NCBI GenBank assembly: GCA_964435855.1
Contig: CAYTAU010000007.1
Span: forward strand, 10,507 to 74,506
From: an uncultured Bacteroidales bacterium
Lineage (GTDB): Bacteria; Bacteroidota; Bacteroidia; Bacteroidales; CAYTAU01
Length of the DNA stretch: 64,000 nt
Direction of reading: 5' to 3'
Within the stretch, counting starts at the first letter, position 1. Each line of letters begins with the position of its first letter. The notes beneath the pieces were generated by a model, which saw nothing but the letters and a program-made list of their open reading frames with translations, had not been told where the DNA came from and did not search any database. Position numbers and translations under genes: made by a program. Of this stretch, positions 41,972 to 51,588 are shown one piece after another.

Positions 41972-42421
41972 TCACACCTTTTTTACATTAACAGCATTCA
42001 TACCTTTTAAGCCGCGCTCTAGTTCAAAAGTAACCTTATCGTTTTCATCAATTTCCTCTGTCAAACCGTTGACATGTACAAAATATTTATCATTAGTTTC
42101 TAGTTCTTTAATAAAACCGAAACCTTTTGATTTGTTGAAAAATTCAACTACACCATTTCGTATTGAGGTAGTTTTCTCATTCTCCCTTTTGGGAACACCA
42201 ATTTCTATGTTTTTTGCATTAATCTTCTTTTTCTTTGTCAGATCAGGTGGAGTATCTGTGATATGTCCATTTTCATCAACATATGCCATTTGGTTATTGA
42301 GGTCACCTTCTTCTAATTTTGCTGTCCTGCGTTCTTCTCGTTTTTGTTGCTTAGCTTTCTTTTTTTTCAAACGTTTTTTCTCTTTTTCACTCTTGTTAAA
42401 AGTCTCTTTCGATTTCGCCAT
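41972..42421 (-). CDS. cold-shock-domain protein with Lys/Glu-rich N-terminal extension
   Basis: The C-terminal 65 aa (GVVEFFNKSKGFGFIKELETNDKYFVHVNGL...FELERGLKGMNAVNVKKV) form a CSD with RNP1-like KGFGFI. The N-terminal ~85 aa are KKKKAKQQKREERR-type low complexity. Confidence 0.85.
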   Translation of the reverse strand: MAKSKETFNKSEKEKKRLKKKKAKQQKREERRTAKLEEGDLNNQMAYVDENGHITDTPPDLTKKKKINAKNIEIGVPKRENEKTTSIRNGVVEFFNKSKGFGFIKELETNDKYFVHVNGLTEEIDENDKVTFELERGLKGMNAVNVKKV

Positions 42422-42707
42422 TCTTCTTCTTATTTAATGTTTACTATTTGTATAACTATACATATTGTTTAACTGCAAAATTACAAACAATTTATGTGTT
42501 TACAAAAAAAGCTTGGGTTAATCTTAGCCAGGAGGCTAAAGTTTATCAAGGATTAGAAGTTAGCGACAGTGGAAATACATGTCAGTCACAGACTGACTAT
42601 TTCTTACGATTTAGTCAGGAGACTACGCCGAGCAGGGTTTTTTTACTTAATACCATGCCATACAAGCGAGATGAATCGGGGAGCGCTGGAACAAGGAAAT
42701 TATATTA

Positions 42708-43283
42708 TTAATCCAAGATAATTTTTATTTTAAAACTCCCTTCTGTTACACTTAAATGATCATTTGTATCTGAACCGTTTCTTAGTTCTCCATAAAATGT
42801 TCCCTGTACTATTTCATTAGTTTTACTTGTGACAATCATTTGAAATGAATTCTCACCCAATACAACTCCATCAACCAAATAATTGTTTTCACTTACATGA
42901 TTTCCTGTATAATAACTCAAATCAAGTTGTATTTGATTAGAATAACCTGAAGCGTCTAATGTATCTGGCAATTGCCAATTATTATAATCTACATTTTTGA
43001 TATGTATAGCCCAGCCTTTTTGATCTGTGTCTGATACTGTTCTTTGCATTGTTATTATTTGCATAAAGCTTGAATAATTTGAAGCATTAAATTCACACCC
43101 AGAATATGAACAAACATAATCTGCTTTTAGCATAACACCATTTACTTTCCCTTGTATATAGTATTCGGGCGTTGTTTCTATTTCTTCTATTGTTGGTTCT
43201 TCATTGTTTTCTGTTTGCTTGTCTTTTTTACAAGAAGACATTAAAGCAAAAGCCAAGATAAATATTGTGATGTAAATTTTCAT
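42708..43283 (-). CDS. lipoprotein of unknown function
   Basis: Lipobox-like FALMSSC after a signal peptide. Beta-rich sequence with no recognisable motif. Confidence 0.6.
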   Translation of the reverse strand: MKIYITIFILAFALMSSCKKDKQTENNEEPTIEEIETTPEYYIQGKVNGVMLKADYVCSYSGCEFNASNYSSFMQIITMQRTVSDTDQKGWAIHIKNVDYNNWQLPDTLDASGYSNQIQLDLSYYTGNHVSENNYLVDGVVLGENSFQMIVTSKTNEIVQGTFYGELRNGSDTNDHLSVTEGSFKIKIILD

Positions 43284-43420
43284 AATTTCTAAATTTTAAG
43301 TTTTTTTGACTTGTTGTGCAAGATGCAGAAAATAAATGAGAAAAAAAAGAGATATTGACAATTTTTATGTTGTTTTGATACTTCGACTTTGCTTAGGGTG
43401 ACAAACTTTTGCATAAAAAC

Positions 43421-43492
43421 CACGCGAAATGATTGACTTCCCCGAGAAAATCGTGGCAGGCTGTCAAATTTCATTTCGTGCAGTAGCGGAGT
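43421..43492. repeat. mosaic intergenic repeat R1, copy A
   Basis: cacgcgaaatgattgacttccccgagaaaatcgtggcaggctgtcaaatttcatttcgtgcagtagcggag aligns with 48108-48178 and, with internal deletions, 47233-47275. Confidence 0.7.
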
Positions 43493-43499
43493 TCTTATA

Positions 43500-43751
43500 T
43501 TATGCACTATTTTGCAATAAACATTTTTCTAGAATATTTACCGTATCTCTTATCCTACTTAATTTAGGTAGTTGATTATCCAAAAAATCTATTTTGAAAT
43601 TGGTTTCTAAATAATACAAATATATCTTCGAATCGAAATTATCGAAGCCTAAATCATTCTTAATATCAGCATCTAAACTTATATCTTCGCGTTTTGCTCC
43701 TATATTTCTGAGTATGCGATATAATCGTCTTTGGATCTTTTTTCTATTCAT
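43500..43751 (-). CDS. small acyl-carrier-protein-like protein lacking the phosphopantetheine serine (hypothetical)
   Basis: 83 aa. IQRRLYRILRNIGAKREDISLDADIKNDLGFDNFDSKIYLYYLETNFKIDF aligns with the ACP helix I/II region, but the DSL motif reads DNF. Confidence 0.45.
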   Translation of the reverse strand: MNRKKIQRRLYRILRNIGAKREDISLDADIKNDLGFDNFDSKIYLYYLETNFKIDFLDNQLPKLSRIRDTVNILEKCLLQNSA

Positions 43752-43971
43752 AATTTCAAATTTTTAATGGTTCTATATATATATAACACATAAAACCTTA
43801 TTAACCCCTACTTATGTTTTAATTTAAAAATATTATAAAAGATAAAAACAAAATTAGAGCATGCCTTAAAACAAGAAAATCACCCTTTAAGGTGATTATT
43901 ATAATATTTTAATGCCAAATTAATGAAAGCACCTATTTACCACCCGATACAAGAGCGCAACAGTGGGTCAA

Positions 43972-44934
43972 TTACTTTTCTTTGATTTTGAATCTCTCAT
44001 TTTCCCATTCTAATTCAATACATTCTTTATCTAGGCAGAATTTGATATTCTTTCCACCTTGGGGTAATATATATTTAAATTCTAATGGGTCCATTTCCAT
44101 TTCATTATAATCTTTGGGAGCTAATAACTGCTCTAGGCTTGCATTATTGGGTACAATATCTTTGTTATCTAGCTTAAGATATTGCTCATCTTTGTATTTC
44201 TGAAAACTTATTGATGACGAACAAACCGGGCCACATCCCCAATTTTCTGTAGCTATGAGTTTTGAACCATCGCTGAGATTCCAATAAGTCATAGTAAATC
44301 CACCTTCTGTTTGTGATGGCACATAAGAGATATAAGCATTATCAATGTCTAGTTGTTCTATAAGATAGCTTTGATAATATCCTTCCTTTTTCATCAAAAA
44401 AGCTTTTACTTTCTTGTATCTTATACTATCTCCTCTAAACTCTAATAAGCTTGATAAGAAATAGAAGTTATCTTTAATTGCAAATTTCTCAATTCCTGTC
44501 AATTCCTTAATAATAGATTCTATATATGCAGAGTCTGCTACAGAAATTGATTCATTATTTTGTTCTATGCCAGTTGATTCATCTGTATTTATAAGTTCTC
44601 CATTCTCGTAAAACTCTTTATCGATTACCTCTCCTTTATCATCCCAAAAGGTCCATTCTCCTGTTGGTTTTTCATCCTTGAAATACTTTGTGCATTTCAT
44701 TTCGCCATTAATATAAAACTCTCTTACATGATTCATTTCGCCAGTTTCAAAATAAAATTCTGTTTTAATTAGATTCCCATATTTATCCCAATAATTCCAT
44801 TCTCCGGTTTTATTATTTTCTATAATCCTGCCTTCAGATTCTTTAGTATTATCTGGATAATAATTAGTCTGAACCATGTTATCGCAAGAGATTAATATCA
44901 CAAGCAATGCAAATAGTACAATTAGTTTTTTCAT
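43972..44934 (-). CDS. lipoprotein with MORN-variant (YwqK-family) repeats and an uncharacterised C-terminal domain
   Basis: LISC lipobox. Repeats GEWNYWDKYGNLIKTEFY.., GEWTFWDDKGEVIDKEFYENGEL. Confidence 0.7.
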   Translation of the reverse strand: MKKLIVLFALLVILISCDNMVQTNYYPDNTKESEGRIIENNKTGEWNYWDKYGNLIKTEFYFETGEMNHVREFYINGEMKCTKYFKDEKPTGEWTFWDDKGEVIDKEFYENGELINTDESTGIEQNNESISVADSAYIESIIKELTGIEKFAIKDNFYFLSSLLEFRGDSIRYKKVKAFLMKKEGYYQSYLIEQLDIDNAYISYVPSQTEGGFTMTYWNLSDGSKLIATENWGCGPVCSSSISFQKYKDEQYLKLDNKDIVPNNASLEQLLAPKDYNEMEMDPLEFKYILPQGGKNIKFCLDKECIELEWENERFKIKEK

Positions 44935-44972
44935 AGTTTTATTTTTTGTTTACACATAAAAAATACTATTTC

Positions 44973-46475
44973 TTAATTCTTTATTATTGAAAACTCTACT
45001 CTACGGTTTTTTTGTTTTCCTTCGGCAGTATCATTTGTTTCTATAGGTTTTGTTTCACCATAGCCCTTAGAAATCAATCGTTCTGCATTTATACCTTTTT
45101 TGATTAGATAATCCATAACACTATTTGCTCTATCTTGAGATAATTTAAGGTTAACTCCGTCTGTTCCTACATTATCTGTATGTCCAGATATTTCAATCCT
45201 TGTATTATAATTTTCTTTAAGATAATCGACTAGGATGTTTAATTCTACAAATGATTTTTTTAATAATACTGCACTTCCAGATCCAAAGAATGTATTATTT
45301 AAACGAATAGCTTTATTTTCTTCTATTTTGGTTAAATGCACATCCTTCTTAAAAAAAGAAGTCTTTTTTATACCTTTTAAATCTATCTTTTCTTTTGTCT
45401 TTGCATAGCCTAAAGCTTCTACAATTAACTCATATTCTTTGCCTGGCTCAAGAATAAGTCTGTAATTTCCATCTTTTTGTGCAATGCAGGTCATTTGTTC
45501 CTTATCATTACCTGTAGTAATTGTTGCCTGTACAGGATTAAAATTAGATTTATTAAGGACTTTACCTTCCACTATTGCAACATTTTCAGGCTTATAAGAA
45601 TTTTTTAGTTTTACTCTTACAATATCACATGCACCTAGACTATTTTCTTCACTAGCCAGATAAGCATAATCAGCAAATGCCGATATTGTAAAATCAACGT
45701 CACGCCCTACTCCATTGATATCAGTCCCTAGCTTCAAAGGCTCTGTCCATTTTTTCCAAGTATTATCAAGCCTTTTACACATATAAATATCATGTTTTCC
45801 AAAACCTCTTGGTCTATTAGATGAAAAATATAATGTTTTCATATCTGCTGCTAAAAAGGGAAACTCTTCTCTATATGTAGTATTAACCAAATTGCCGAGA
45901 CTTCTAAGGCATGACCATTCACCTTTTTCATTTTTTAATGACACAAAAATATCAATGTCTTCTTTTACGTCTCCTTTATACTCTCCTTTTGCGGTACTTA
46001 AAATAATGGTTTTATTATCAACGCACATCATACCAAAGGTACCATAAGTTGTTTTGTTTCGGAAGTTAGAAATATATATTTTTTCAACTATTTGCCATAT
46101 ACTATCTTTCTTGGCAGCAATAGAAAATGGAGTCCCGCCCCATACCATAGCAGAATTATTAAACCCATTAATTGATAAAACAAAATTAGGATCTTTGTCA
46201 TTTAATGAATTTAAGGGTTTTGCTTTAGACCATTCATTATTCTCATCGAGAATACTAAACCAAATATCCCAGGCTCCTTTATTATCAGGACCCAGTTTTC
46301 TTGAAAAATATAGTATTTTACCATCGGGAGAGATAGTTGGGTTTTCTTCGCGATATTTTGAGTTTATATTCTCTCCAAGATTCTCTTTAGTAGAATTATT
46401 TGAAACAATATCTTGACTATAGCATTGTTGCAAAAACATTATTGATATAAAGATTATATAGAATAATTTTCTCAT
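44973..46475 (-). CDS. OmpA-family protein with TolB-like PD40 repeats
   Basis: PD40-type strands (SPDGKILYFSRK, AADMKTLYFSSNR). C-terminal OmpA domain ISGHTDNVGTDGVNLKLSQDRANSVMDYLIKKGI...GYGETKPI...NRRVEF. The probable start is MRKLFYIIFISIMF at 46475. The tracked ORF extends to 46532 through a repeat. Confidence 0.85.
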   Translation of the reverse strand: MRKLFYIIFISIMFLQQCYSQDIVSNNSTKENLGENINSKYREENPTISPDGKILYFSRKLGPDNKGAWDIWFSILDENNEWSKAKPLNSLNDKDPNFVLSINGFNNSAMVWGGTPFSIAAKKDSIWQIVEKIYISNFRNKTTYGTFGMMCVDNKTIILSTAKGEYKGDVKEDIDIFVSLKNEKGEWSCLRSLGNLVNTTYREEFPFLAADMKTLYFSSNRPRGFGKHDIYMCKRLDNTWKKWTEPLKLGTDINGVGRDVDFTISAFADYAYLASEENSLGACDIVRVKLKNSYKPENVAIVEGKVLNKSNFNPVQATITTGNDKEQMTCIAQKDGNYRLILEPGKEYELIVEALGYAKTKEKIDLKGIKKTSFFKKDVHLTKIEENKAIRLNNTFFGSGSAVLLKKSFVELNILVDYLKENYNTRIEISGHTDNVGTDGVNLKLSQDRANSVMDYLIKKGINAERLISKGYGETKPIETNDTAEGKQKNRRVEFSIIKN

Positions 46476-46512
46476 TGTTCTATTATTTCTCCCCCATAAA
46501 AATACAATTTTT

Positions 46513-47151
46513 TTATTTACCACCCGATACAATCGGGCGGGAGCGGGGGCTTTTTTTTGTAATAAAAACTAATCCTATTGCAAATACAATAAAGGGTATT
46601 ATTATTCCACTCTTAATAATATGAATTATATCATTACTACCCTTATGATTGCTTAGTTCTAATATAAAGATAGAAACCGGAACAGATGCAATAATGATTA
46701 ATAATGACAATACTAATTTTAAGATACTTATTTTTTGTTTAAATAATTTTAGAATAACAAAAGGAACTATTGAGAGTAAAGGAATAAGTACGAATATTGA
46801 ATATATTATTAAATTAAGCTTCCAATCTGGCATTGACATCATCATAAACAAGGCTGAAGGACCTCCAATAAAAGTATAAGTAAGGCTTAGTTCTATTAAA
46901 TAAAATATTCCGAATCCGAAGATTATTCCAATTATATTTAATATTAGTCTTTTACTAGGCTTAATTCTAATAATTAAGTTACCCCAAATAATAAATAATA
47001 TTAGCCCAATAGGTACTGCAAAGTGATAATAGCTTGTCCATATCAAACCATGCCAGCCATGATATTCTAGCTCAACTCTCCAAATTATACCAATTATTAT
47101 TGAAATAATTATAAGGCCTATTATCTTATATTGCTCAATAACTTTTAACAT
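46513..47151 (-). CDS. multi-pass membrane protein of unknown function
   Basis: About 6 hydrophobic helices. The last ~12 codons (SPRSRPIVSGGK) are read through repeat R3, so the true C-terminus is uncertain. Confidence 0.55.
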   Translation of the reverse strand: MLKVIEQYKIIGLIIISIIIGIIWRVELEYHGWHGLIWTSYYHFAVPIGLILFIIWGNLIIRIKPSKRLILNIIGIIFGFGIFYLIELSLTYTFIGGPSALFMMMSMPDWKLNLIIYSIFVLIPLLSIVPFVILKLFKQKISILKLVLSLLIIIASVPVSIFILELSNHKGSNDIIHIIKSGIIIPFIVFAIGLVFITKKSPRSRPIVSGGK

Positions 47152-47185
47152 AAACTAAGTTTGTAATAAAGCTCTGCCTTTTTAT

Positions 47186-47300
47186 CCCATAAAAATACTA
47201 TTTTTTATTTAATTTGGCTTTTTATATTATGAAACGCGACAGGATTGACTTCGTCGAACTTACGTTTCGCGCACCAGCTGGGGTGGGGCTGTTCTCTTGC
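47186..47300. repeat. promoter-like repeat R2 (copy a) fused to repeat R1 (copy B, internally deleted)
   Basis: 47191-47237 matches 51493-51539 at 46 of 47 positions (aaaaatactattttttatttaatttggctttttatattatg[a/g]aacgc, one a/g mismatch). The following ...aggattgacttcg-tcgaacttacgtttcgc-gcaccagctgggg is copy C minus two blocks. Confidence 0.75.
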
Positions 47301-47365
47301 TGATATGCAGGGAGATTAATTTTAATTTATTTTGCAATTATCTTATAATATGCTATATTTGATAC

Positions 47366-48037
47366 ATGAAAAACCTTTATCTACTTACTTTAGCAGTATT
47401 ATTTGCTTTTAATAGCAGTGCCCAACATGATTTTGGGCTTAGTTTAAATGGAGCTTTATCAAAAACAATTGAAACCGAAAATTATATACTTAATACCTTA
47501 CATAAAATAGAATACCAAAGTCTATATAATCCATCTTATAATTTTGGAATATATTACAATCTACATATTAGCAAACATTTATTATTTGGTTCTGACATTT
47601 TATTTACTGAAATTGAAGGTAATGAGATAATAGATATTACATATATAGAAAATCCTGGTTATTCATATAATACATACAGAAAGCATCTCTCCTATTTAAG
47701 TCTTCCTGTATACTTTGGGTTAAAATTCGAAAAAACTTCATTTTATATTGGTTTTATGCCTTCTTTACTATTAAAGAGTAAAGAACTTTGGAAAAGGACA
47801 GTAGTGCATAACGAAATTGTTAGCCATGATAGAGCAGATCGTTATCTGAGTTGTTATGATGCTGATTATGGACCCAAGATTGGCTTGAGATATAATATTA
47901 AAGACAATCTTATTATTGAGGCTAGTTACTATTATGGTTTAAAAAGAATAAATGAATACGAAAATAGAACATGGAAAAATCAGCAAATAAGTTTAGGTTT
48001 TAGATATACTTTATTTACAACAAAGAAACCAGAATAG
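47366..48037 (+). CDS. outer-membrane beta-barrel (porin-family, OMP_b-brl-like) protein
   Basis: Signal peptide ending SSAQ, alternating hydrophobic strands, and C-terminal ...ISLGFRYTLF motif near the end. Confidence 0.65.
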   Translation: MKNLYLLTLAVLFAFNSSAQHDFGLSLNGALSKTIETENYILNTLHKIEYQSLYNPSYNFGIYYNLHISKHLLFGSDILFTEIEGNEIIDITYIENPGYSYNTYRKHLSYLSLPVYFGLKFEKTSFYIGFMPSLLLKSKELWKRTVVHNEIVSHDRADRYLSCYDADYGPKIGLRYNIKDNLIIEASYYYGLKRINEYENRTWKNQQISLGFRYTLFTTKKPE

Positions 48038-48100
48038 CCCCACAAAATCCCTTAAAGCAAAAAGGCAGAAGTATTAGCACAAGAAAGATTTGCTAGTATT

Positions 48101-48205
48101 TTATGGAACGCGAAAGGATTGACTTCCCCGAGAAAATCGGGGCAAGCTATCGAACTTACGTTTCGTGCAGCGGAGGGCACCAGCTGGGGCGCCAGTGCGA
48201 GAGAC
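48101..48205. repeat. mosaic intergenic repeat R1, copy C (longest)
   Basis: ttatggaacgcgaaaggattgacttccccgagaaaatcggggcaagctatcgaacttacgtttcgtgcagcggagggcaccagctggggcgccagtgcgagag contains the hairpin ccccga-gaaaa-tcgggg. Confidence 0.75.
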
Positions 48206-48214
48206 CAAGTTAGC

Positions 48215-48967
48215 TTATTCATATTTTTTTATAGCTTGAAAAAACTTCTTTTGATAATTTCCAAAATATTGCCATCTAGTAGTTCCATATATTTTATCGG
48301 TTTGCAAGTCTTGAATTGCTATTGAAAAATTTTGCTTCCAAATAAAGCGATTCCATTCGTTACTATAATATTGAATCCAATTCATTTGAATTAATAATCT
48401 ATACCTATACCCTTGCTCTATAAAATATTCTTTATTCTCTGACCGATACTCTGAAGAGAAATATTTAAACTTAAAAGGATATTTAATTTCCATCTTATAT
48501 ATCAAATCAGAATTTATTGTTGTAGATTTTGGTCCTGTTAACAAAGGTTTTCTACCTATTTCACCTGGACCAATTACGATAAAGAAGAGTCCTGAATTCT
48601 TTAAATCTTCAGGATACCCTGTAGAATCATCTAATACTATGGGATTGGCTTCATAATAATCTCTGTAAGTATTTGTATAACCGACAGAACTTCGCAATAA
48701 AATTTCTGGTGCATAAGGCAAATACTTTTTTAATTCATCTTCAGCACTAATTATATTTCTTATGTAACATTCGTATTGTTTATATTTAATATTATAAATG
48801 GTAGTGTCTTTGTTATCAATACTTTTATAATCTATACTAGTTATTTTATCTTCTACTATGTAACATCTTAAAGTATCTTTATTACCTTTAAGAATTATAT
48901 AATCTTGGGCAAAACAATTAGATATACAAACAAGACATAATAATTTAAGTAAAATTACTTTTCTCAT
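48215..48967 (-). CDS. secreted protein of unknown function
   Basis: The probable start MRKVILLKLLCLVCISNCFAQ (48967) gives a signal peptide. The tracked ORF extends to 49051. Confidence 0.55.
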   Translation of the reverse strand: MRKVILLKLLCLVCISNCFAQDYIILKGNKDTLRCYIVEDKITSIDYKSIDNKDTTIYNIKYKQYECYIRNIISAEDELKKYLPYAPEILLRSSVGYTNTYRDYYEANPIVLDDSTGYPEDLKNSGLFFIVIGPGEIGRKPLLTGPKSTTINSDLIYKMEIKYPFKFKYFSSEYRSENKEYFIEQGYRYRLLIQMNWIQYYSNEWNRFIWKQNFSIAIQDLQTDKIYGTTRWQYFGNYQKKFFQAIKKYE

Positions 48968-49093
48968 ACTTTCATTTTTCACTTTTGATATTTGGCTTTT
49001 GTTTTTAAAAAGCTTTGCTTTTTCCTCCCCCTTAAATATTCTTTTAATCATGATTTATTCATTAATAATATAACTGCAAGAATTGATATTAGA

Positions 49094-51475
49094 TTAATTA
49101 ATATTCTTATTTTCTGGAGGTTTAATATAGAAATCAATCTTTTCTTTATTATCTTTGTTATATTTAATTGTTTCTTTTAAATCTCCACTAGGATAATATT
49201 CATTCCATATTCCAACCTTATATCCTTTTTCTGCGTAACCACAAAGCTTTTTATTTCCGTTCTTATAGTAGTTCTCCACGTAACCATGGCATAAAAAATC
49301 TTTTAGTATAACTCTACTAATTAAAGTACCATTGGGATAATAATTTTCAAAAACACCATTACCTGTTTCTTCATTATATTGGATTATAGCTAAGATATTA
49401 CCTAATGTATCACAAACGGTATTTTTATCCAATTTACCATCAATAAAAATACATTCTAGATTTTTAATTCCATTTAGGTAGAAATAATTCCAAGTGCCAA
49501 TTGGCTTATTATTCACATATTTCTCAACACTTTGAATTTTACCATTTTCGTACCATCTATTCCAAACACTATCCTTTTTACCATCAATATATTTTCCTGT
49601 TGCATTTAGTTGTCCATTTTCATACCATTCATTCCAAACACTATCAATTTTCCCATAATTGATTTTTCCTGTGCGTTTTAATTGTCCATTTTCATACCAT
49701 TCTTTACTAATACCATCTAGAGTACCACTACTCCATTCTACAGTTACTATTATTTGTCCATTTTCATGCCATTGATTCCAAATACTATCATTCTTTCCAT
49801 TAGTATATTTCCCTATCTGCTTTAATTGTCCATTTTCATGCCACCAATTCCAAATACTATCCTTTTTACCATCAGTATATTTCCCTTTTGTTTCTAATTG
49901 TCTATTTTCATACCACCAATTCATTATACTATCTTTTTTTCCATTGGTATATTTCCCTTTTTGTTTTAATTGTCCACTTTCATACATATAATTCCAAATA
50001 CCTTCTTTTCCCCCATTAGTATATATCCCTGTTGTTTTTAATTGTCCACTTTCATACCAAGATTTATAAGTGCCATTTTCTACACCATTAAGATAAAACC
50101 TATTACTTTTAGGTTTCCCATTAGGATAATACCATGTAGATAAACCTTCCTTAATACTCATTTCTACATCTGAAAATTTACCTACCATTTGAATAGTATC
50201 ATTAAGGTAATAGTCCTTTACTTCAAATAATTCATTATTTGAACTTTCTACAATACGATAATAGCTCGCATTTCTTACACTAGTTTTTGCCCAAGCAGTA
50301 TCGAAATAGATTCTACCTTCTGAATAGTGAGGTAGTAGAGTGGAATCTGATTTTTCAAGTTCTTCCTTTTCATTATTTTCACTTGCTTTATTGGTTTTAC
50401 CTGCAATTATTATTTCAACTTTTTGTCCATCAACACCATCTAAACCATGTTCGCCTTTATTTTCAAAATATTTAATCGATTTTTTAAATCTACAGGGAGC
50501 TGTAGCTTCAACCTGTTTATTTCCAACTATAATGTCACCACAAGGCCCTCTTGCACCAGCTTTACCTTCTTTGCCACCATAACCACTTCTATTTTCGAAA
50601 GAAAATAAATTTAAATATTTGCTTGACAATGAATCAATATTAAAAGTAATTGAACCTCCTTGGCCTCCTATTCCACCTTTGCCACCATTGCCACCATATC
50701 CTCCCGAACCTCCTGTGGCCGCAGGTGCACTAACTACATTACCCGAATATCTTACATTTCTTGTAGTGCCTTTGCCTCCTGGTCCTCCTCGTCCTCCCTG
50801 TCCACCATTGCCTCCATTTGCCATTATCTTGATTTCTGATTCTAGTGGGTTGGCCAAAAATATGTTTTCATTATTGTTTCCAAGATTCAGAACCTTAATT
50901 TGCAGCAATTCCTTTTGTAATACTTCGTCTATATAGCTTGTAATAAATACTTCTATGTTTCTTCCCTTGTTTCCTGTAAGCCCAACTTTTCCAGGAAGTC
51001 CATTAACACTATTATAGGACTCAATATATGCCCCTGGTTCACCATTCTTACCTTTTCTCCCAGAATAATCTAAAACTAATTTCCCCTTATAATTTAGGGT
51101 AAAGGTATCTTGATTAGAAATAGTAGTATTATATTTAAATACAGCTTTAAATGGAAATTCGTGATCTTTATAGAGCATAGGATTGAATGCAAAAAATTGT
51201 CCTTTTTTATTAATGGTAAGACCTTTGGCATCAATAAAAAAATTATCAATTATTGATTTGCCTGTACAATCTATGTTTTTGCCTTTTTTTGTAAATGCTC
51301 TAATTACAATAGGTATTCCTTCGTTTGATTTATATATAGAGTCTATTAGAGATACTTCAATTTCTGTAATATTCTTTTTTTGTAAGAAATCTTTGATTTT
51401 AATTTCTTCTTTGCTTTGAGCATAAACAAATGTTATACTTGCAAAAAGTGTTAATATTAATATTAGTTTTTTCAT
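49094..51475 (-). CDS. secreted protein with interrupted collagen-like G-X-Y runs and ~12 MORN-variant (YwqK-family) repeats
   Basis: Signal peptide. GLPGKVGLTGNKG, GGNGGQGGRGGPGGKG, GGSGGYGGNGGKGGIGGQGGS, GKEGKAGARGPCG and GEHGLDGVDGQK. C-terminal repeats of type GKKDSIWNWWHENGQLKQIGKYTNG. Confidence 0.7.
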   Translation of the reverse strand: MKKLILILTLFASITFVYAQSKEEIKIKDFLQKKNITEIEVSLIDSIYKSNEGIPIVIRAFTKKGKNIDCTGKSIIDNFFIDAKGLTINKKGQFFAFNPMLYKDHEFPFKAVFKYNTTISNQDTFTLNYKGKLVLDYSGRKGKNGEPGAYIESYNSVNGLPGKVGLTGNKGRNIEVFITSYIDEVLQKELLQIKVLNLGNNNENIFLANPLESEIKIMANGGNGGQGGRGGPGGKGTTRNVRYSGNVVSAPAATGGSGGYGGNGGKGGIGGQGGSITFNIDSLSSKYLNLFSFENRSGYGGKEGKAGARGPCGDIIVGNKQVEATAPCRFKKSIKYFENKGEHGLDGVDGQKVEIIIAGKTNKASENNEKEELEKSDSTLLPHYSEGRIYFDTAWAKTSVRNASYYRIVESSNNELFEVKDYYLNDTIQMVGKFSDVEMSIKEGLSTWYYPNGKPKSNRFYLNGVENGTYKSWYESGQLKTTGIYTNGGKEGIWNYMYESGQLKQKGKYTNGKKDSIMNWWYENRQLETKGKYTDGKKDSIWNWWHENGQLKQIGKYTNGKNDSIWNQWHENGQIIVTVEWSSGTLDGISKEWYENGQLKRTGKINYGKIDSVWNEWYENGQLNATGKYIDGKKDSVWNRWYENGKIQSVEKYVNNKPIGTWNYFYLNGIKNLECIFIDGKLDKNTVCDTLGNILAIIQYNEETGNGVFENYYPNGTLISRVILKDFLCHGYVENYYKNGNKKLCGYAEKGYKVGIWNEYYPSGDLKETIKYNKDNKEKIDFYIKPPENKNIN

Positions 51476-51488
51476 TTGCTATTTCCTT

Positions 51489-51540
51489 CCCCAAAAATAC
51501 TATTTTTTATTTAATTTGGCTTTTTATATTATGGAACGCC
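51489..51540. repeat. promoter-like repeat R2 (copy b), directly upstream of the 793-aa gene
   Basis: Near-identical to 47186-47238 (46 of 47 positions over the core). On the minus strand it contains TATTTTTG (51499-51492), a perfect TAnnTTTG -7 box, 16 nt before ATG 51475. Confidence 0.7.
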
Positions 51541-51588
51541 ACAGGAGTCTCGCACCCAATGTTATTAAGTTAAGAGTTGAGATACTCA

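Noticed and set aside
42069-42437. 122-aa plus-strand ORF.
   Set aside because: It is antisense to the cold-shock-domain gene. The Phe/Ser-rich sequence reflects the complement of its Lys/Glu-rich codons.
43289-43507. Short ORFs that translate the intergenic repeats. This entry also covers 42448-42711, 48119-48325, 52344-52538, 52440-52643, 56404-56718 and 62959-63144.
   Set aside because: Their 'conserved' peptides (for example KFDSLPRFSRGSQSFRV) are conserved only because the underlying DNA repeats recur. Frames are not maintained between copies, and copies carry internal deletions that are not multiples of codons in a consistent frame.
50619-50936. Proline-rich 105-aa ORF (PPIPPLPPLPPYPPEPP...) on the plus strand, plus neighbours 50287-50475 and 50340-50582.
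   Set aside because: It is the antisense translation of the Gly-rich (GGN/GGC codon) part of the 793-aa minus-strand gene, so it is a mirror artefact and not an independent gene.
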